From a virus (Duplodnaviria > Caudoviricetes): 64,000 nucleotides of DNA. Location: the IMG/VR virus record IMGVR_UViG_3300010351_000784, positions 30,475-94,474 of that record; one strand, given 5' to 3'. The translations under genes were made by a program, and so were the position numbers. The stretch's first letter is position 1, and each line of letters opens with the position of its first letter. The notes below the pieces were generated by a model. That model searched no databases. It was not told the DNA's origin and saw nothing but the letters and a program-made list of their open reading frames with translations. This document shows positions 55,807 through 64,000 of the stretch, piece after piece.

Positions 55807-58583
55807 ATGAAATACATAAGAAAAACAAGCCAAGACATTACACAGGATTTCAGTCGAAGCTTACTTATCGACAGAGGAATTTTAAAGGAAGAAGAGAATG
55901 CTGATTGGTATTTTAAGCCTACGTTTAAAAATCTTCTTGACCCACTTGGTCTTGACCATATGGAAAAGGGTGCAGAATTACTCTTAAAGCACTTAAAGAG
56001 AGGAAGTCATATTCGTGTCTATGTTGACTGTGATGTGGATGGTTTTACTTCTGCCGCCCTATTTATTAACTATTACAATAAGCATCTGAAGAATAAGTTC
56101 CCCAACACTACAATTTCTTATCACATTCCTGACGGTAAGGAGCATGGTCTTCGTTCAGTTATGGATGAGCTTGTTCATGACAAGATTTGTGATTTAATTG
56201 TGTTGCCCGATAGCTCTTCAAATGACTATCCAGAACACGCAAAACTTCATGCAATGGGATACGATATTCTTGTATTTGACCACCATGATGCTGACCATTA
56301 TAGCGACAATGCAGTTGTTATTAACAACCAGCTTTCAAATGACTATGAGAATAAGGCTTTAAGCGGTGTAGGTGTTGTATATAAGTTTATCAATTTCTTT
56401 GATGCTTATTGGTGGAGCGATTCTCCTGAGAGTAAGGAAGAGGAAGCGTTCAGAGATTTCACTTATGATGATTTTCTTGACCTTGTTGCTCTTGGAGAAA
56501 TCAGTGATATGATGAATATGAATACACCTGAGAATCGTTATATCTGTGATATGGGACTTTCCAATATTGAAAATACTCTATTCCGTGCAATCGTAAAGAA
56601 ATAGTGTTATTCAATGTTTGGTATCTATGAGGCTGATTGGAAGGATAGCTACTACACCAGTGGCGATGTCACATAGATAAAGGTTGCTTTCTATGTTACC
56701 CCTCTTATCAACGCTCTTATCAGAGTTGGCTCACAGAGTGAAAAGGAACAGTTATTCCTTGGCTTTATTGATGGTGATAAAGCAGTTCCTTCAACTAAGC
56801 GTGGAGCAAAGGGCGAAATGGAAACTGTTGCGGAACAAACAACTCGTAACTGTGTAAATGCTCGTTCAAGACAGAATAGAGAAAAGGATAAGGCTATTGA
56901 GTTACTTGATATTCAGATTAGTAACAACTGTCTTGATGAAAATAAGATACTTATTCTTAATGCTGATGAACTCAGTGTATCGAATAACCTTACTGGTTTG
57001 ATTGCAATGGGTATTGCCGCAAAGTATAAGAAGCCAACAATGCTTGGCAGAATTAGTCCTGATGGTTATTTGAAGGGTTCAATTCGTGGTAGAGAGGAAA
57101 GCGAGCTAAAAGACTTTAAGTCCTTCTTAAAGGGCAGTGACTATATGGACTTTGTTGAGGGTTGAGTGTGGCCCATAACACCTTTTCCGCTTACCAGCGG
57201 GGTTAAATTTTGAATTTAGCTAACGAGGTAACCTAAACCAAATGGCATGGAAATCTCGTGGGAAAAATATTGCTTTGATAAAAATATTTAAAAGGAGGTG
57301 AAATATGGAAAAAGCGATTTATAAAATTGAAAATAAAATAAATCATAAAATATATATAGGATAGTCAAAAAATCCAAAAGAAAGATTTATTTAGCATTGT
57401 GAAAGAACTCCAAGATATAAATCATTAATTCATGATGCAATTATAAAATATGGTAAAGAAAATTTCTCTTTTGAAGTTTTAGGATGGTTCGAAGATTATA
57501 ATGAAAAAGAAAAATACTATATACAATATTATTAGTCATTAATTCCTAATGGATATAATATTGCACAAGGAGGAGAAGAGCCTCCAATTTATAGTGGTGA
57601 CAAAAATCCTTCTGCAAGAATTACAAATGAAGTTGCTGAACAAATTAAAAAAGATTTAAAAAATTGGAAAATTCCAAGAAAGCAAATAGTAAAAAAATAT
57701 AATATTACTCAAGACATAATTAGACATATTAACGACGGGTCTTCTTGGAATGATAAAAATGAATCTTATCCTTTGCGACCGCAAGAAAAAGAAATAAATA
57801 AAATAAGAGTTAATAAAATAATAGAATTATTACTAACTACTAATATTCCTATGAATCAAATTGGCGCAGAAGTTGGATGGAGTCGTAGTTCTGCAAAAGA
57901 AATTAATGCAGGAAGGAATCATTATAATGAAAAATTAATTTACCCATTAAGAAATAATAAAGAAAAAAATAAAGCAATATTAAACCTGTAACGACTATCC
58001 TCACTTTGAGGAGTACAATTACTATTGGTACGTAATTGGAAATGGGTGTTCTACTTTTATAGTAGTAAAAAATAGTCTGTACTATTGGAAACAATAGATA
58101 AATATACACGCGAACGCAGCTGGCTTTAGTATTAAAGAAAGCGACGTAAGTAAGCTATATGATTATGCAAACGAGAAGCTCGCTAATGTTGACTTTAATG
58201 AAGGTTTCTATGAAGCTGATTTCGTAATTCAGGGTAATTATTCTGAAATCACTCAGCTTGTTATGGATATCGGTGCACAGCAGAAGTTATGGGGTCAGCA
58301 AAATGATGAACCTGTTATTATCATTGAAAATATCACAATCCCTAAATCTCAGGTTCAGATGATTGGTTCAAAGAAAGATACTATTAAATTCGTATTTAAT
58401 GGTATGACTTATATGATTTTTAAGGCACAAGATATCATTGACCAGATAGCTGAGACTCCTGGTGATACTCTTAATATCACTTGCGCCGGAAGAGCGAATA
58501 TAAACACATGGGGCGGCAGAACTGTACCACAGATTTATGTTGACTGTATTGAATTAAAGGAGTCGACTCTTTATGATTTCTAA
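55807..58583 (+). CDS. recJ: RecJ-like DHH/DHHA1 exonuclease (TAG=Gln; exons 55807-57162, 58107-58583)
   Basis: DCDVDG, DHH, LSGVGV, ISDMM, PLINA and GSIR motifs; splicing restores EG|HANAAG. Confidence 0.85.
57163..58106 (+). mobile_element. Group I intron in recJ (probable terminal A)
   Basis: GGGT| with IGS GTGTGGCCC; core motifs; the frame- and P10-consistent 3' site is ...AATATA|CACGCG. Confidence 0.75.
57305..57991 (+). CDS. Intron-encoded GIY-YIG endonuclease (TAG=Gln)
   Basis: AIYKIEN...YIG(TAG)S...GYNIAQGG; co-frame with ORF 57773-57991. Confidence 0.8.
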
Positions 58584-58740
58584 TATTTAGATAAAAGATA
58601 TTAAAGGGTATGAAGGACTATATGCTATTACCTCTTGTGGAAAAATATATTCTTATACTTCTAAGAAATTTCTAAAACCAATTTAGTAGAAAAATGGATA
58701 TTTAAGGATATGTTTAAGTAAAAATAACATTAGATTATAA
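58573..58740 (+). pseudogene. NUMOD4 fragment of an HNH endonuclease
   Basis: KDIKGYEGLYAITSCGKIYS...LKP...NGYL; the HNH domain is absent. Confidence 0.65.
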
Positions 58741-58748
58741 AGGGTGAA

Positions 58749-59141
58749 ATGAAAATGAAATTACTTGTGGCAGGAAGTCGTGACTATTATGATTATGACG
58801 AATTTTCAGACATAATGAATTTTATCCATGAAAAGTATAACATAGCTGAAATAGTAAGTGGAGGCGCCCGTGGAGCGGATACCCTCGCTGAACGCTGGGC
58901 AAAAGGAAATAATATCCCAATCAAGATTTTTAAAGCAGATTGGGATACATGCGGAAAATCTGCGGGCTTCATTCGTAATGCAAGTATGCACGATTATCTC
59001 TCTCAATTTGAGAATAGAATGTGTATTTGTTTTTGGGATGGACAGAGTCGCGGGACCGCACAGAATTTCAATTTGTGTAAAAATAATAATACCAAATTGA
59101 TTTGTTATAACTTTAAATTACATAAGGTAGTGGAGGTATAA
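58749..59141 (+). CDS. SLOG-superfamily (YspA/DUF2493-like) protein
   Basis: VAGSR, VSGGARGAD, ADW...GKSAG.IRN and FWDG.SRGT motifs. Confidence 0.8.
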   Translation: MKMKLLVAGSRDYYDYDEFSDIMNFIHEKYNIAEIVSGGARGADTLAERWAKGNNIPIKIFKADWDTCGKSAGFIRNASMHDYLSQFENRMCICFWDGQSRGTAQNFNLCKNNNTKLICYNFKLHKVVEV

Positions 59142-59160
59142 GAAATGGGAGAACTTTGTA

Positions 59161-59517
59161 ATGTCTAAAAGAATAGATTTAACTAATTAGATATTTGGTG
59201 ATTGGTATGTTATTGATTTTAATAAAGAACGAAGTAATAATCACGGCTCTTATTGGAATTGTAAATGTCTTAAATGTGGACTAATAAAAGCAGTACGTTC
59301 TACCCATTTGCGCTCGGGTGCCTCAACAAGTTGTGGCTGTAAATCTTCTTAGATAAGAATTGGAGACAGGTTTGGATTTTTAGAAGTCATTTCCTTAGAT
59401 GAAGAATGAAGTGGTTAGGGAAAAGGCAGATATTGGTCTTGTTATTGCCATAATTGTGGCAGCACGCATTCAATTGATGCTTCAAATCTAAATAGAGGAA
59501 ATTTCTTATAGAGATAA
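59161..59517 (+). pseudogene. Decayed homing endonuclease (Cys-rich repeats, internal TGA)
   Basis: DLTNQIFG...WNCKC..CG...L.SG.STSCGC; TGA at 59407, after which the second repeat continues in frame. Confidence 0.65.
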
Positions 59518-59546
59518 TATTATTAGTAAATTGGAGGAAAGTATTT

Positions 59547-59744
59547 ATGGAAATAATGAAACAAACTGATGAGATACGTGTTGATACTTATGAAGAAGCT
59601 AAGGAGTTAATTGAAAAATTTAAATCTGATGCTAAAAAAGAAGGATATGATATAATTAGTAGCGCCGCGACTCTTAAAGAAAAAAAATCTAAAGGCGAAG
59701 TAATTGATTCATACTATATTGTTAAAATAGTTAAAAGATGGTAA
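59547..59744 (+). CDS. Small conserved-looking phage hypothetical protein
   Basis: ORF with RBS; KEKKSKGEVID motif. Confidence 0.65.
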   Translation: MEIMKQTDEIRVDTYEEAKELIEKFKSDAKKEGYDIISSAATLKEKKSKGEVIDSYYIVKIVKRW

Positions 59745-60028
59745 AAGGACAGGAATAATGGATGAAGTTTGCCGCGGCTTAGCTGGTGAAATAAGCTTCG
59801 AAGAATCCATTCGCAGACAAGCAAATATCTTAAAGTATGAGATAATATAGGCTATTAAAGAAGAATTGGAGGGATATATCAATGAAATTCCACATGGACG
59901 AAAAGGAGAACTACAAAAAGAAAATCGATAAGATGAAGGAAGATATGGCTCGCCGCAATAAGGAAATTCAGAAAGAGCGCGAAAAGAAGAAAAAACAGTA
60001 AGGTTGAAAAAGTCAGGGCTTAAAAGTC

Positions 60029-60057
60029 TTGACTTTTTCTTTATTTTATGATATAAT
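60029..60057 (+). promoter_or_regulatory. SigA-type promoter
   Basis: TTGACT-17 nt-TATAAT with TG. Confidence 0.7.
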
Positions 60058-60135
60058 ATATATAGAAAGATAAAAGAAATATTAAAAATGAATATCCCTG
60101 CATAGTTGCTCGGCGATATTGATTGGAGGTATATA

Positions 60136-63100
60136 ATGGATATTAAGACACTCAAAAGATTTGACGGTCATTCTCATAGCATGTTTTCTAACTTCAGATT
60201 GATTGACTCAATCAGTAGACCGAAGGATATGATTCTTAAGGCTTATGAACTTGGTATGTCAGGTATTGCGTTGACAGACCATGAGACAGTTGCCGGTCAT
60301 GTTGAATGGTTGAAGTGTGAAAAGGAACTGAAGAAAGCTGGTAAGATTCCAGAGGACTTCAAATGTGCTTGCGGTAATGAGATTTATCTTGTTGATAGCC
60401 GTGAAAATATTGAAAGATATTGGCATTTTATATTGGTGGCGAAAAATACTGATGGACACAGGGCGTTGAGAGAATTAAGTTCAACGGCTTGGTATAATGG
60501 ATTTAGTTCTCGTGGTATGATGCGTGTTCCTACTGAAAAGGCAGAACTTGAAGCAATCGTTAGAAAGTATCCGAATACTTTGATTGCATCAACTGCTTGT
60601 CTTGGTGGACATCTTCCTCATTTTGTGGCAGAGTTAGTTAAGGCAGAGCAGGCTCAGGACGAAAATGAGATTCGTAAGTGGAAGATGGAAATTCATAAGT
60701 TCATGACTTGGAATATTGATTTGTTTGGTGATGATTTCTATATTGAAATTGCCGCCGCAAATGTAAAGGACCAGATTCGTTTCAATGAAAGAGTTAAGAG
60801 CATCGCCGCTTACTACAAGAGAAAAGTTGTAATTGGTTCAGACGCACATTATCTCACAGCAAAAGAGCGTTCAGTTCATAAGGCATATCTTAACTCAAAA
60901 GACGGTGAGCGTGAGGTTGATGGTTTCTACACTTTTGCCCACATGATGGATAATGAGGAAGCATTTGAAAATCTTAAAATCAATCACACAGAGGAAGAGT
61001 TCGCAGAGTTCTGTGCAAACTCAATGGAGATTTATGATAAAATTGGAACATATGATATCTTCAGAAAGCCAATCATTCCAAGAGTTGATGTAAGAGATTA
61101 TGACAAGCACATCCCGGCAGATATCACAGTTGTTTATCCTACTCTTTATCAGCTATTCACAAGTGACAATGTGCAGGAAAGATATTGGGTAAATGAGTGT
61201 TTCAACGCTCTTGAAGCAAAGAACCTTATTAACGCAACTTATCTCAATACTCTTGAAACAGAAGCGAGAGTAATTAAGGTTGTTGGAGAGAAACTCGGTA
61301 ATTGTCTGTATGAGTATTTCAATACTTTCCAGCATATGATTAACTTGTTCTGGGATTGCGGCTCAATCGTAGGTCCACGTGGTTCCGCAGTTTGTTTCTT
61401 AAGTAACTATCTTCTTGGTATAACTCAGCTTGACCCATTAAAGTGGAACTTGCGTTTTTGGAGATTTTTAAATGAAGAGCGTGTGGAACTCCCTGATATC
61501 GACATCGATTTGACCCCTTCAAAGAGAGCTGCTGTTTTTTCCGCCCTTCGTAAGGAGCGTGGAGAGCTCAACGTTATTCAGGTTTGTACTTATGGTACAG
61601 AAGGAACTCGTTCTGCAATTGCCGCAGCTTGTTTTAAGAAATGCACATTAGTAAAGACTATAAATGGAGAAAAACCCATTGAAGAGATTCTGCCTGGAGA
61701 TCGAGTATATACAACAAATGGTTGGGAAGAGGTTATTGCCCCTACGGAGATTAAAGGGACTCAGCTTATAAATTTAAAAACGAGATATTCGACGAATCCA
61801 ATTTTAAGTTGTACTCCTGAACATGAAATTTTATGTCTACCTGCGAATGAGCATAAAGGTAGAATTAATGGTAATTGGAATAAAGAAAAGACTTTTTCAC
61901 TGTTTCCTGAGTTACGAAAGTTAAAGTCTTCTTCTCTAATATATCAAACATATTACAATTACTGTAAGAATATCGTCCCTGAATGGAGAACAGCCAGAGA
62001 CTTTACTAAATATGATTACGCTCTTCAAAAAATCGAAACGAAGGTTGATAATTCATCATATATCACTTGGAAGAATGAAGTCCAGAGAAAGTATGGTTAT
62101 GGATTGCCAGAAAAAATAAAAATTGATAATGACTTTTGTGAATTAATAGGAATTTGGTTGGCAGAAGGAAGTTGTAATGGACAAAGTATATGTTTTACTA
62201 TTAATCAAAAAGAAGAAAATCTTAGAAATAGAATCTTGCAACTGATGTGGAACGTCTTTCAATTAGATAATTTTCAAATCTATAATAGAAAAGATTCTCA
62301 AGCTCAGAATATTTCTTTCGCATCAAAACAGTTAGTTGCTTTCTTCTCTCAATTATTTGAAGTCGATTCAATTACTGAAGTAAATCAGTGGAATAAATAT
62401 GTTCCTAGAAAATTATTATATATCCTTCCAAAAATTCAATTGCAAATTTTTAAAGGTTGGTTCCTTGGGGATGGATACGCAAGAACAAGCAGGAACGGAG
62501 AAAGGCAATCCGCCGAAGCGAGAGGAACAACAGTTAGCAAACAACTTGCTGAAGATATGAGCTTCATCTTAAGAAGGAATTATATTAATCCAACGATTAT
62601 TGTGGAACACAGAAAAGATAAAAAAACAACTTATAATGTTCAACTTTATTCAAAAAAAGCTGATAAACTTTATGATTTAAAATACTTACTCATTGATTAT
62701 CAAGATGTATTTGAATTTAAAATAGAAGACAGAGGAGAAATGGACTTCCCAGTTTATTATAAAGAAGAAACATATCTTAAGGCTAAGATTGAAGAGATTG
62801 ACAGAGAAGATATTGATGACAAAGTCTATTGTTTAGTGACTCCATCTCATTCCTTTACCGTTAATAATATTATTGTCCATAATTGTCGTGGTTATCGTTC
62901 AGAATGGTATCCAGATGGTATTGATACAGATACAGCACAGTATCTTAGCTCATTGATTCCTCAGGAGCGTGGATTTCTCTGGTCAATTCATGATGCCGTT
63001 TACGGTAATGAGGAAAAGGGTAGAGCGCCTATCACAGCATTGGTAAATGAGCTTGATAAGTATCCGGGACTTCTTGAGATTATCGAATCAATTGATGGGT

Positions 63101-64000
63101 CGAAGAAAAAACTGGCCCTTAAACACCTTTTCCATTAATCAATGGGGTTAAGATTTAATCTTAGCTAACGGGGAAGCCTGAAGCTCCTGTCGTGAGACAT
63201 AGGTATGGTAATCCCGTGGGAAAAACTTTTCTTCACGATTTTATTGAAGAGTATTTATTATGATAATACTCTTAAATATCCGTTAAGAAAAAGTTAAGCC
63301 TGTATCGACTATCTCTGGTGAGACAGAGAGTAGGGACACTATTGATACGTGTCGCCACGGAGGCAACAATGTGGCTGAGAACCGAAATGGGGTTATTAGT
63401 ATTTTATACTAATTAAAAGATAGTCAGGGCTTGATTGAAAAATCAAGATAACCGTAGTTAATAAGAGAGGTCAGCACGCATCTGGTGTTATTCTTTATAA
63501 TGATTCTCCATTTGAAACTGGTGCAATTATGAGAAGCCCGAATGGTGACTTGACAACTCAGTATTCTCTTCACGAAGCTGAGGAACTGGGTGACGTTAAG
63601 TATGACTTCCTCGTTACTGAAATTTGTGATAAACTTACAATCGCAGTTAACTTACTTCAGAAGGATAACTTGATTGACCCTTCTCTTAGTTTGAGAGAAG
63701 TTTATAATAAGTATCTTCATCCTGATGTTCTTGACCTTAACAACCAGAAGATTTGGGACGCACTTAGTAACGGTACAGTTCTTGATGTATTCCAGTTCAG
63801 TACTAGTGTTGGTCTTGCAACTGCAAAGCAGGTTAAGCCACAGAATCCTACTGATATGCTTAACGCAAATGCGTTAATGAGACTTATGGGTGAACCTGGA
63901 GAGGAAAGACCTCTTGACAGATATTGCCGCTTGAAGGAAGATATGAGAGCATGGTATATGGAAGCCAGGGACGCAGGTCTTACACAAGAACAAATTGAAA
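60136..64000 (+). CDS. dnaE: DNA polymerase III alpha subunit (intein plus intron; runs off the window)
   Basis: PHP domain HSHS/TDH/SDAHY; PDIDID; splicing gives GLVNKRGQHASG; KYDFL; VFQF. Confidence 0.9.
61630..62883 (+). mobile_element. Canonical (Cys1) intein with LAGLIDADG domain, 418 aa
   Basis: AAA|CFKKCT...CTPEH...WLAEG...WFLGDG...VHN|C. Confidence 0.9.
63101..63454 (+). mobile_element. ORF-less group I intron in dnaE
   Basis: GGGT| with IGS ACTGGCCC; core motifs; ...CCG|TAGTT. Confidence 0.85.

Noticed and set aside
28989-63454. Recurrent CCTGTA(A/T)CGACTATC / CTATTGATACG repeats as a CRISPR array or IS ends
   Set aside because: Dispersed rather than regularly spaced; they are conserved group I intron core elements.

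Overview
AT-rich segment of a large tailed phage, probably of an anaerobic Firmicutes host (inferred from gene style and the ChW-like endolysin). It uses genetic code 15 (TAG = Gln), so the supplied ORF track is heavily fragmented. Left arm (1-21.5 kb, minus strand): three paralogous ~900-1050 aa putative structural proteins, holin, GT2 glycosyltransferase, GH25 endolysin, GH113-like glycoside hydrolase, tail-fibre-like genes, XkdW/XkdX-like genes, an HPr-like protein, and two tandem copies of a DGR target gene. The two copies carry differently mutagenised variable repeats, and the second copy sits between apparent N- and C-terminal remnants of the DGR reverse transcriptase. Right arm (21.6-64 kb, plus strand): kinase, ligase, RNase HI, redoxin/NrdD/NrdG/TrxB, gyrase B and A, SSB-like protein, AAA ATPase, PIN-PhoH, DnaB, primase, RecJ-like protein and DnaE. 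This arm holds 12 group I introns (six in nrdD, one with a probable non-canonical terminal A), 3 inteins (two Ala-1, class-3 type) and several decayed free-standing homing endonuclease genes. All calls are by eye; no database searches were run.
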